Shown here: piece by piece, positions 25,628-34,868 of the stretch | Numbering within the stretch: position 1 is the stretch's first letter | How the letters are laid out: each line of letters starts with the position of its first letter | Source: Bacteroidales bacterium | GTDB taxonomy: Bacteria > Bacteroidota > Bacteroidia > Bacteroidales > BM520 | Reading direction: 5' to 3' | NCBI GenBank assembly: GCA_017538085.1 | Contig: JAFYJP010000195.1 | Location: 1 to 41,408 of the forward strand | DNA length: 41,408 nt | Program-made: the position numbers and the translations under genes | The notes under the pieces: generated by a model | Database searches by the model: none | What the model saw: only the letters and a program-made list of their open reading frames with translations | What the model was told of the DNA's origin: nothing

Positions 25628-28600
25628 ATGAAAAGAATTTTACGATTTGCCTTAGTGGCAATTTCAATGTTGTTAAGTGTTGCAGTAAGTGCACAGGTAA
25701 CAACATCAGGTATTTCTGGTAAAATCACCGGAAGCGACGGCACATTACCAGGAGCAACTATCGTTGTAAGACATGTTCCTTCAGGAACAACCTATGGAAC
25801 AACATCAAACAGTGAAGGCCGTTTCAATCTTCAAGGATTACGTTCCGGTGGTCCTTACAAAGTTGATATTACTTTCGTAGGCTATCATCCTGCATCTTTC
25901 GAGAACGTAACTCTCAAATTGGGTGAAACATACGTATTGAATGCAAATCTTAAACCGACAAACGTAAAAATCAATGAAGTTGAAGTCGTTGCCATTCAAG
26001 AGAATTCAATTATGAATTCAGAAAAATCAGGTACATCCACCAATATCACCTCCGAGGAAATTGATATGCTTCCTACCATTGAACGTAGCATTAACGACCT
26101 CGTAAAAATGACCCCTCAGTCAACAGGCATGTCCTTCGGCGGTCGTGACAGTCGTTACAACAACTTCACAGTCGATGGTGCAGGCTTCAACAACAATTTT
26201 GGTCTGAGCAGCGATCTTCCTGGTGGCAGCAATGGTCCTATAAGCATTGATGCTCTTGAGCAGATCAGTGTTAACATCGCTCCATACGATGTTCGTCAGT
26301 CACGTTTCACAGGTGCTGCCATCAATGCCATCACAAAATCCGGTACAAACGAAATTAAGGGAAGCGTTTACACTTTCCAACAATTCCCTGGCTTACACGG
26401 ATACAAGGTTGCTGGTGACTCTGTAGCAAACGCAGTCAACATCAGTTCACAGACATACGGCTTAAGCGTTGGCGGTCCTCTCATTAAGAACAAATTATTC
26501 TTCTTCATAAACGGTGAATACTCTCCTATGGTAAATGCAGGTCCGTCATGGAAGCCATACGAAGGTGACGACCCAACTTTCGACGGCGATGCAACCACCA
26601 ACACTTCACGTACAACCGTAACTGACCTTGCAAGAGTTAAAAACTATCTTATTGAAAAATATGGTTACGACCCAGGCGAATATGGTCAGGGCGGATGGAC
26701 AGCTTTCAACGACTACAATTACAAGATTATGGCTCGTTTGGACTGGAATATCAACCGTAACAACAAGTTAATGTTCCGTTTCAACAAGGTTCAGAACTCC
26801 GTCATGAACCTCACAAATGCAAGCTCCTGCCCTTCAGGACTTTATCGTGACAGAAACTACAGCCGTATGGGTGTCTATTCAATTGCATTCAGCAACAACT
26901 TCTACAGAATGAACAATAATGTCACATCATTTGCATTAGACTGGAACTCACGCATAAGTGACAGAGTTTCCAATCAGTTACTTGCTTCATACAATATGAT
27001 TGGTGACCAGCGTTCAACCCCATCATCAACAGTTTTCCCACACGTTGATATTTTCAAAGACGGACATCAATACATGTCATTCGGTACTGAACTTTTCTCA
27101 TATCACAATGAAGTCATCAACAATACTGCTGACATTATCGACAATGTAACCATTGACCTTGGTAATCATACTATTACAGCAGGTTTCGCTTTCGAATGGA
27201 TGTATGTTCGTAACTCCTATATTCGTGAAGGCACATCATACTATCGTTACGAAAGCGTTGACGATTTCCTGAATAACGCAACACCTATAGGAATGGGTAT
27301 CACATACGGATACAATGGCAACGACGCTCCTGGCCAAATGCTCACATACGCACAAGAAAGCTTGTATGCACAGGACGAATGGAACATCACTGACAATTTC
27401 AAGTTGACATACGGCATTCGTTTTGATCTTCCTAACTATCTTGACAAGGACATGGTTAAGAACAATGTTATTGACAGTATTGCTACAGCAAATAATTTTG
27501 CAGGTGGTGAATGGAACACTGGAACATGGCCAAAATCAAATATTTCAATCAACCCACGTTTAGGTTTCAACTGGGACATCAACGGTGACCGCAGTCTCCA
27601 GCTCCGTGGTGGAACAGGTCTCTTCACCGGTGTCAACCCATTTGTATGGTTCACCAACCAGGTAGGTAGTGCAGCATTTGTACAATCTCCTGAAATGAGT
27701 TTTGCCGAAGCTGACATAGCATCAAAGCTCCCTGGCATAGTATTCTATAAAGACTACAAGGAGCTTCTTGCTAAATATCCTGACGTCTTCCCAAAAGAAC
27801 CAGATGCTGATTATCTTCCAAGCGGCTCAACAATATGTCTCGTTGACAAAAACTTCAAGTTCCCGCAGGTATGGAGAAGCAATCTCGCTCTTGACGTTGA
27901 ACTCCCATGGAACATGGTTCTCACTCTCGAAGCTCTCTACACTCGTGACGTCGTAGGCGTTAAACAGTTAAATGTCAACCAGACAGATTCCGATCTTCAA
28001 ATGTATGGTGCAGACAACCGTACAGTTTGGGAAGGCAGTCCTAAGGTATCAAACGATATTGCAGCAGCAATGCTCTTCACCAATACCACAAAGAAAGGTT
28101 ACTCAACTCAGCTGACAGCTCAACTCACTAAGAACATGACAAAGGGTTTCTCAGGTATGGTAGCTTATACCTATTCTATCTCTAAGGACCTCACATCAAA
28201 TCCTGGTTCAGCTGCTTACTCAGCATGGACATCAAGCACAGCTGTCAACTCTCTTAACGATGAAGAACTCGGATACAGCGTATTCTCTGTTCCTCACCGC
28301 GTTGTAGGTGACATCTCCTATCGTATTGACTATGCTAAGCATTTCGCAACAACAATTTCCCTCTACTATGAAGGTCAGCACAACGGTCGTATCAGCTACG
28401 TTTACAACAATGACGTCAATGGCGACGGTATCAGCGCTGATTTAATCTATGTTCCTAAGTCTGCTGATGAAATCAATTTCGTTGATATGACTGACAAAGA
28501 CGGTAACGTCCTTATGACAGCACAAGCACAAAGTGATGTCTTCATGAACTATATCAACAACAACAAATACCTCAAATCACGCATGGGCAACTATGCTGAA

Positions 28601-28942
28601 CGTTTCGGCGGTCTCCAGAGATGGGTCAACGAATTCAATGTAAAACTTGCTCAAGATATTTACACCACTTCCAGAACTGACCATCGCTATGGCATTCAGA
28701 TTACAGCCGACATCCTCAATATTGCTAACATGATTAACAGCAACTGGGGTTGCTACTACACCAACAAATGGCTGAACTATCAGAATCTTGCTCTCCTCAA
28801 TGTGGTTGACAAGGGCACAAGCACAACTGCTCCTACATTCACACTGAGAAGCAATGACTTTGAAAACGATGTTGAATGGACTCCTGCTAAGGTCGCTTCC
28901 AACTGCTGGGGCGTCTTATTAGGTCTTCGTCTGATATTCTAA
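25628..28942 (+). CDS. TonB-dependent receptor, Oar-like, with N-terminal carboxypeptidase-regulatory-like domain
   Basis: AQVTTSGISG, VPSGTTYGT, GGPY, NNNFGLS, PISIDA, APYDVRQ..FTG..INA.TKSGTN, YAQDEW, PRLGFNWD, C-terminal LGLRLIF. Confidence 0.92.
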   Translation: MKRILRFALVAISMLLSVAVSAQVTTSGISGKITGSDGTLPGATIVVRHVPSGTTYGTTSNSEGRFNLQGLRSGGPYKVDITFVGYHPASFENVTLKLGETYVLNANLKPTNVKINEVEVVAIQENSIMNSEKSGTSTNITSEEIDMLPTIERSINDLVKMTPQSTGMSFGGRDSRYNNFTVDGAGFNNNFGLSSDLPGGSNGPISIDALEQISVNIAPYDVRQSRFTGAAINAITKSGTNEIKGSVYTFQQFPGLHGYKVAGDSVANAVNISSQTYGLSVGGPLIKNKLFFFINGEYSPMVNAGPSWKPYEGDDPTFDGDATTNTSRTTVTDLARVKNYLIEKYGYDPGEYGQGGWTAFNDYNYKIMARLDWNINRNNKLMFRFNKVQNSVMNLTNASSCPSGLYRDRNYSRMGVYSIAFSNNFYRMNNNVTSFALDWNSRISDRVSNQLLASYNMIGDQRSTPSSTVFPHVDIFKDGHQYMSFGTELFSYHNEVINNTADIIDNVTIDLGNHTITAGFAFEWMYVRNSYIREGTSYYRYESVDDFLNNATPIGMGITYGYNGNDAPGQMLTYAQESLYAQDEWNITDNFKLTYGIRFDLPNYLDKDMVKNNVIDSIATANNFAGGEWNTGTWPKSNISINPRLGFNWDINGDRSLQLRGGTGLFTGVNPFVWFTNQVGSAAFVQSPEMSFAEADIASKLPGIVFYKDYKELLAKYPDVFPKEPDADYLPSGSTICLVDKNFKFPQVWRSNLALDVELPWNMVLTLEALYTRDVVGVKQLNVNQTDSDLQMYGADNRTVWEGSPKVSNDIAAAMLFTNTTKKGYSTQLTAQLTKNMTKGFSGMVAYTYSISKDLTSNPGSAAYSAWTSSTAVNSLNDEELGYSVFSVPHRVVGDISYRIDYAKHFATTISLYYEGQHNGRISYVYNNDVNGDGISADLIYVPKSADEINFVDMTDKDGNVLMTAQAQSDVFMNYINNNKYLKSRMGNYAERFGGLQRWVNEFNVKLAQDIYTTSRTDHRYGIQITADILNIANMINSNWGCYYTNKWLNYQNLALLNVVDKGTSTTAPTFTLRSNDFENDVEWTPAKVASNCWGVLLGLRLIF

Positions 28943-28960
28943 CTTTATCATTGCATTATG

Positions 28961-28997
28961 AAAACGTGGGGATGATTTTCATTCCCACGTTTTTTTT
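28961..28997 (+). terminator. Intrinsic terminator after the TonB-dependent receptor
   Basis: AAAACGTGGGGATGA-ttt-TCATTCCCACGTTTT stem followed by a T-tract. Confidence 0.85.
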
Positions 28998-29030
28998 GCT
29001 CAAAAATCAATTCATTAACGTAATTATTTT

Positions 29031-29038
29031 TATTTTCG
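29031..29038 (+). promoter_or_regulatory. Possible variant -7 promoter for the 29070-35600 operon
   Basis: TATTTTCG(CA), one mismatch to TAnnTTTG, just downstream of the terminator and 31 nt before the ATG. Confidence 0.4.
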
Positions 29039-29069
29039 CATTTTGTTTAATTTCAAATATAATTTCAAA

Positions 29070-29822
29070 ATGAAAAAGATAATTCTTACAGCTCTTGCAA
29101 TACTCATTTACAATATCGGCTTTGCGCAATATCCGCGTATTTATGGAGTTACCACATACGAATTGATTTTTTCATCAGCCCAATATAATGTTTTCGACAG
29201 CAAAAGCGGCAACGTCCTGCGATTCTCCCCATGGTTCAATCTTGAGGAATCAGTGAACTTCGACATAGCGACTGTTGTCGGATTCACCGCCGGAATATCA
29301 GTGAAAAACATTGGTATCATCCATAAACTGAGTGACCCTTCCACAATTGACCCAAAATTTGATAGCACACCCATCAAGAAAGAATTCCGCTCATATAATA
29401 TAGGTATCCCCGTAGGTTTCAAACTCGGCAACCTGTCACAATTTTTCATATACGGAGGTTATGAGTTCGAAATCCCAATCAACTTTAGGGAAAAAACTTA
29501 TATAGATGGAGCAAAGACAAAATACGAAAGCGAATGGTTCAGCAACAAAACACCGAGATACATGCAATCGCTGTACCTTGGACTGAAGTTCCCATATAAT
29601 TTAGGTATAAAAGCCAAATACTACCTCACCAACTTCTTCGCAAACGATTGTGAAGACTATGTGCATGACTATCCTGCAATTAAATACAAGGATTTTGAGG
29701 CACGGCCTTTCTACTTGAGTCTGACCATTGATTTGTTCAACAAAATGGATACAAGAATTTCCATTCCATCACTGAACAGCAAAAGCAAAAAAAATAGTGA
29801 GCCGCAGTATTATTACGATTAA
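29070..29822 (+). CDS. Hypothetical exported protein, probable outer-membrane beta-barrel
   Basis: Signal peptide MKKIILTAL...GFA-Q; alternating amphipathic strands (GFTAGISVKNIG, RSYNIGIPVGFKLG, FFIYGGY, SLYLGL, GIKAKYYL, FYLSLTI). The ATG at 29070 is preferred. Confidence 0.6.
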   Translation: MKKIILTALAILIYNIGFAQYPRIYGVTTYELIFSSAQYNVFDSKSGNVLRFSPWFNLEESVNFDIATVVGFTAGISVKNIGIIHKLSDPSTIDPKFDSTPIKKEFRSYNIGIPVGFKLGNLSQFFIYGGYEFEIPINFREKTYIDGAKTKYESEWFSNKTPRYMQSLYLGLKFPYNLGIKAKYYLTNFFANDCEDYVHDYPAIKYKDFEARPFYLSLTIDLFNKMDTRISIPSLNSKSKKNSEPQYYYD

Positions 29823-29824
29823 TA

Positions 29825-32800
29825 ATGACAACACACAGAAACAGTAAATTAGGCACTACATCAGGAGTATTTCTGCCATCGCTTCTGACCATCGTCGGGG
29901 CAATAATGTTCCTGCGATTGGGTTGGATAATCCAACATGGCGGGCTGATACAGTCAATTTGGATAGTCATCACTGCCTTCGCAATGTCCCTGATTACAGG
30001 ATGTTGCCTGTCGTCAATTGCAACCGACAAGAAGATACAGGATGACGGCATATATCATATACTTACGAGAAGTCTGGGGCTGCCGATGGGAAGCACCATC
30101 TGCATTATGATGACTCTTGCCCTGATTTTCAGTGCCGCATTGCAAATAATAGGTATATCCGAATCCCTGCTCGACATTTCAAAAGCAAGCAATTTTCTGC
30201 ATATTGCACCATCAGCCGCATCATACAGGATTATCGGTTCGATATTGCTACTACCTGTCTTCGCATTGGTGATGATATCCCGTAAATCCACATTAATTCA
30301 GAAATTCAAATATGTGGTCGTCATCACCATCATCCTTGCAACCATTTCCATAATTGCCGGTTTATTTACAAAAGAAGACATTCATCCTCTTGTGCCAACT
30401 ACAGGAACCGCATACGACGGTCACTCATGGATTTATATTTTCAGCATATTTTTCCCTGCATTATCAGGTTTTGCCACCGGCCTCGCCAATTCAACAGGTT
30501 TGAAGGACGCTAAGAAATCCATTCCGAGAGGGATGATTCTCGCAATAATCACAAGTGCCGTCATATATCTTTCAGTAATAATACTGCTTGCGTATGAAGT
30601 CAGACCCGACATTCTCAAGACGACCAATTATCTTCCTTCAATATCATGGAATGCCACGATAACATTTATATGCTGTTGGATATCACTTGTCTTCATAGCC
30701 ATAAATGCTCTTACAATCGGATCCGACATAATTCTATCCATGGTTCATGACAAGGTGCTGCCAGAGTTCTTCGCCCATTCCTCTGACAATTCTGGTAAGC
30801 CGGTCATTAACATTGTAATCATGTTTGTCCTCACCGAATGTGCAATACTCATCGGTGATTTCAACACCTTAGCTCGGATAACAACATTTTTCCTGCTTGT
30901 TTCATACGCGCTCATCAATCTTGCGCTGATGCTTGAGAAATGGACTAACCCGGATTTCCGGCCCACATTCGATGTTAGCAAATATATAGGTCTCATCGGA
31001 TTGTTTATATGCAGTGTTGCCTTATACGACATTAATCGCTATGGGATGCTGGGAACAGTAATTGCCGTAATTCTGCTCTACTTTTTCATCAGACGCAAAA
31101 GACTTCAGCTCGAATATGATGATATATGGCAAAACGTACTCCTCGCCATCACAAAAACATCTATTTCAAGAATAAACAAAAGAAAACTCGAAAACAGAAC
31201 GTGGCAGCCCAACATCATCGTTTTCAGCGGTGACAAAGACCAGCGGCCGTATCTTGTAGATTTCGGAAAATGGATTGCAGGCAAACATGGATTTGTAAGC
31301 AACTTCAACATCACAACATCAAAAGAAAAAAAGAACGCATACAAAAATTCACGTCGTGACAGCAATGTCATTGAAAACAAAATATTTCCGTCAAACGACA
31401 TATACAGCGGAATAGAGACTGTGGCAAGTGTATATGGGTTTGCCGGAATCGAACCCAATACCGTATTGTTAGGGTTTAACAGCACCGCCAAGAATCGCGA
31501 GAGATACATTACCATGCTCGCCAACATTTCCAAACTCGACAAAAATATCCTTCTTATCCATTACAACGAAGACAACGGCTTTGGAAACAAGAAGAATTTC
31601 GACGTTTGGGTTACTCCGGGTGAAAGAGACAGCCTCTTCGCGCTCAATGTTATCAAGCTGATTAGCAATTCAACCGAATGGTCACAATGCTCGCTCAGAA
31701 TCAAGGTGGTGAACAGCAACAATTCCTCATACAATCTTGTGTATAACAAAGTTGAGGAAATAATGGCACAACTTCGAATAAGCGGCGAAATCCTAATCAT
31801 CAACAACGAACTCGAAGACAAACCAGTAAAAGACTTAATCGCCTCACATTCGACCGATGCAGATGTCATCTTCATTGCCGTACCACCTACTGGAAACTAT
31901 AACGAGAAATACGACTACATGTCCAACCTCTCACAAATCAACAAGACAATCATATTCGTCAAGGCCTCAACCGAGTTCCAGTCAATAGGCAACCTCGACA
32001 TCATCACCAAACAGCTATTGCAACCAGAACAGACAGCAGTCACAGAAGAGGATGTCGAACTGCAACTTCCTATACGTCAGGAAGCAGCATCATTCTTCGT
32101 TGACCTTGACAAACAGGTCCAGACAGCCATTGACAAATCATTGAACAACCGTTTTGACCTGATTTCCAAATATTTCAAAACCAATATCGAGTACATACTC
32201 GAAACTGTAAAAAACAACTACGTTCAGACAAATTCCCCGGGAAGATTCCGTCACATTGCACATATTTCAGGAAAAACCATCAAACAAAAGTTTCTGGAAT
32301 TCATCAATAACATACTGCCCGAGATACATAATCTAATTTTAGGCAGCAGCAGGGATTTCCTAAACGAAATGTCAACAATATGTGCTTCTGTACCTAAAAC
32401 ATTCACAGTGTTTTACGAGGAAAATCTATCCTACCCCTCTGATAACGACACTCACGACATCATCAAATTCAAGAAGAAACTCGCACGTTATTTCAAACAC
32501 AACAGAGAAGGATTCTACCCTTACGAAGTCAAAATCGACAAGTTCATAACCAACAGGTTGGATGCCATGTACAACGAAATGATGACCAAAGCATTCGACC
32601 AATTCAAGGATTATTGTCTTTCGTATTATTTCAATGTCAACAACATCATCAATTCCATCGATGACACTAATGCAATAATAAACGGTTCCTGCAACATTGA
32701 AGGCTTCAATTTCGATAAGGCAGTTGAGAACATATATTCTCACATTGAGACTTCCAATGACAAAAACAACAAGACTGTCAATGAAATAAAGAACACTCTT

Positions 32801-34864
32801 ACCGCTATAAAGAACAAATATTTTGATGAAATACGCAATTATTTTGACGTTCTCAACTTCGGTGAAATCAAAGTCAAATCCAATGCTGTTAACTGTAACA
32901 GCTGTTCAGACGCAGTAACTGACAAATTCGACAGACTCAGCACAATACTGCCGGCATTGTTTAACAGACTGGTACTCAACACCGACCTCACAATCTTCAA
33001 AATAAAACTCAAGAGTTACTGTTCTGAAACGCTATCCCTCATAACTGATTTCATCAACAATAAAGTCATCCCGTTCCATGAGGCATTCATCAGCGCAATC
33101 AAGGAAAACAACAACATAGAGCTCGTTGAGACATCCTCCGAATATGACATGAAATCCGACATGTTCTCACATTTCAGTGAAATCAACGACAAAATAAACA
33201 AGAGTATTCTTCGTTTTCCGTCCGAAATAACAATTCTCGACAATCAGGCAGTGGCATGCCTTGGGGATGAAAACATCCACTCAGTGCATTCATCCAACTT
33301 CGCCGCATCGCGACTGCTTGACAATTCAGTGATCTACTATTATTCCAACAACATAAAGAAACAACTCAACCTCCTCGGTTCCAAAGTTGACAGTTCGCTC
33401 GACAAGCACAAGGACATCATCACACAGCTGTCATTCACCAATGAAGACAATGACGAGCAGAAAGATGCCATCATTCTTAACATCTACAATCTGATAATTG
33501 ACCTCAAGACATCGCTGAGCGAAACATGCCACGAAATACAGTCAACAGAAACCATTACTGACGAACAGCTGCAAATCGAACAGTTCATTGACTCTTCCCA
33601 CAATCTGCACAACATCATCAGCACTAACATCAACGATAAGAAAAAGGAGAAAATTCTTTCACTGCGTGAAAAGATATCCGTTTCATTCCACAAGACACTG
33701 TCGAAAATCTTCTATCGCCAGAACTCAAGCATCAAATTTGCCAAGAATCTTCAGCAGAGAAATTCCGACAATGAACTTCTGAAACTTTATATCAACGCAA
33801 TCAACAAAATATCGCTGAAACCTGAAGTTGACCAGACTCTCCCATACTCCTACAAACAGTTATTCATCAATAACCAGCAGTACAACAAGGAATTATGGGT
33901 CGGAAGAGTCAGGGAAACAAACGACTTCAACATTCTTCTAGGTCAGTACAACAGTCTGAAGGCAGGAGCGATTATGGTTACCGGAGGCATAGGCTCAGGC
34001 AAAACCTTCTTCTCGTATCACGTTGCCAAGACTGCATTTCCGGACCAGCAGATATTCACCATAAAATCCGTTACCGGCGGAAGTGCATCTGTAAGCAAGT
34101 TCGAGACCTCATTTCTCAGAGCCATCGAAATGCAGAATATATCTTTATTCAAGGCTATCCGCGAAATCCCTAAAGGCTCAATTTTCATCCTCGACAACAT
34201 TGAACAATGGTGGCACCGCGGTGACAAAGGCAATGATGTGATAAAACTGATCACCGAGTTGGTAAACAAATACAGCGAAAACTATCTGTTTATTTTGAAT
34301 TCAAACACCGAAGGCCTTAACGCTCTGCAACTTACCACCAACATACGAGATATAATAATCGGTACTGTCAATCTGCTTCCGTTCAGCGCTGAAGAAATCG
34401 AAGCCATCATCACAAGACGTCATAAGGCAGGAAACATGCATATATGCATTGACAACAAGAATGAAAAACTTCTGCGTCCATGGCACTATGCACAACTGTT
34501 CCTGCAATATGACAAACTAACGACTGGCAACATCAAATCAGCCTTAAGCACATGGCTCGCATGTATCGACAAAGTAGAAAACGACACTATTTTCGTACAT
34601 CATCCTGAAGTTCCGAAGTCATTGCCGTTCAATGAATTAACAAAACAACAGATTATATTTCTCGTACAGTTCATAATACATAACAACATGTCATACGAAA
34701 GGATGCAGGCAATTTACAATCGCCCGATATCAAGTCTGAAACAGGATGTCAACGTGCTTATCAGGTTAAGGCTTCTTGAAAAGAAGAGCGAGAATGTTAT
34801 CGGAATAAACAATATCCTATATCCATTTATTATAGAGGAACTTAACAACATAGAAATGATTTAA
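29825..34864 (+). CDS. SLC12/cation-chloride cotransporter-like (APC-fold) permease fused to a helical region, a P-loop NTPase and a C-terminal winged helix
   Basis: LGTTSGVFLP.LLTIVGAIMFLRLGW, LSSIAT, IYHILTRSLG, FSIFFPALSG, LKDAKKSIPRG, FFLLVSYALIN, FRPTF and RTWQPNIIV (CCC signatures); WVGR at aa 1358, Walker A GGIGSGKT at aa 1387, Walker B IFILDN at aa 1457. Confidence 0.85.
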   Translation: MTTHRNSKLGTTSGVFLPSLLTIVGAIMFLRLGWIIQHGGLIQSIWIVITAFAMSLITGCCLSSIATDKKIQDDGIYHILTRSLGLPMGSTICIMMTLALIFSAALQIIGISESLLDISKASNFLHIAPSAASYRIIGSILLLPVFALVMISRKSTLIQKFKYVVVITIILATISIIAGLFTKEDIHPLVPTTGTAYDGHSWIYIFSIFFPALSGFATGLANSTGLKDAKKSIPRGMILAIITSAVIYLSVIILLAYEVRPDILKTTNYLPSISWNATITFICCWISLVFIAINALTIGSDIILSMVHDKVLPEFFAHSSDNSGKPVINIVIMFVLTECAILIGDFNTLARITTFFLLVSYALINLALMLEKWTNPDFRPTFDVSKYIGLIGLFICSVALYDINRYGMLGTVIAVILLYFFIRRKRLQLEYDDIWQNVLLAITKTSISRINKRKLENRTWQPNIIVFSGDKDQRPYLVDFGKWIAGKHGFVSNFNITTSKEKKNAYKNSRRDSNVIENKIFPSNDIYSGIETVASVYGFAGIEPNTVLLGFNSTAKNRERYITMLANISKLDKNILLIHYNEDNGFGNKKNFDVWVTPGERDSLFALNVIKLISNSTEWSQCSLRIKVVNSNNSSYNLVYNKVEEIMAQLRISGEILIINNELEDKPVKDLIASHSTDADVIFIAVPPTGNYNEKYDYMSNLSQINKTIIFVKASTEFQSIGNLDIITKQLLQPEQTAVTEEDVELQLPIRQEAASFFVDLDKQVQTAIDKSLNNRFDLISKYFKTNIEYILETVKNNYVQTNSPGRFRHIAHISGKTIKQKFLEFINNILPEIHNLILGSSRDFLNEMSTICASVPKTFTVFYEENLSYPSDNDTHDIIKFKKKLARYFKHNREGFYPYEVKIDKFITNRLDAMYNEMMTKAFDQFKDYCLSYYFNVNNIINSIDDTNAIINGSCNIEGFNFDKAVENIYSHIETSNDKNNKTVNEIKNTLTAIKNKYFDEIRNYFDVLNFGEIKVKSNAVNCNSCSDAVTDKFDRLSTILPALFNRLVLNTDLTIFKIKLKSYCSETLSLITDFINNKVIPFHEAFISAIKENNNIELVETSSEYDMKSDMFSHFSEINDKINKSILRFPSEITILDNQAVACLGDENIHSVHSSNFAASRLLDNSVIYYYSNNIKKQLNLLGSKVDSSLDKHKDIITQLSFTNEDNDEQKDAIILNIYNLIIDLKTSLSETCHEIQSTETITDEQLQIEQFIDSSHNLHNIISTNINDKKKEKILSLREKISVSFHKTLSKIFYRQNSSIKFAKNLQQRNSDNELLKLYINAINKISLKPEVDQTLPYSYKQLFINNQQYNKELWVGRVRETNDFNILLGQYNSLKAGAIMVTGGIGSGKTFFSYHVAKTAFPDQQIFTIKSVTGGSASVSKFETSFLRAIEMQNISLFKAIREIPKGSIFILDNIEQWWHRGDKGNDVIKLITELVNKYSENYLFILNSNTEGLNALQLTTNIRDIIIGTVNLLPFSAEEIEAIITRRHKAGNMHICIDNKNEKLLRPWHYAQLFLQYDKLTTGNIKSALSTWLACIDKVENDTIFVHHPEVPKSLPFNELTKQQIIFLVQFIIHNNMSYERMQAIYNRPISSLKQDVNVLIRLRLLEKKSENVIGINNILYPFIIEELNNIEMI

Positions 34865-34868
34865 CGTC

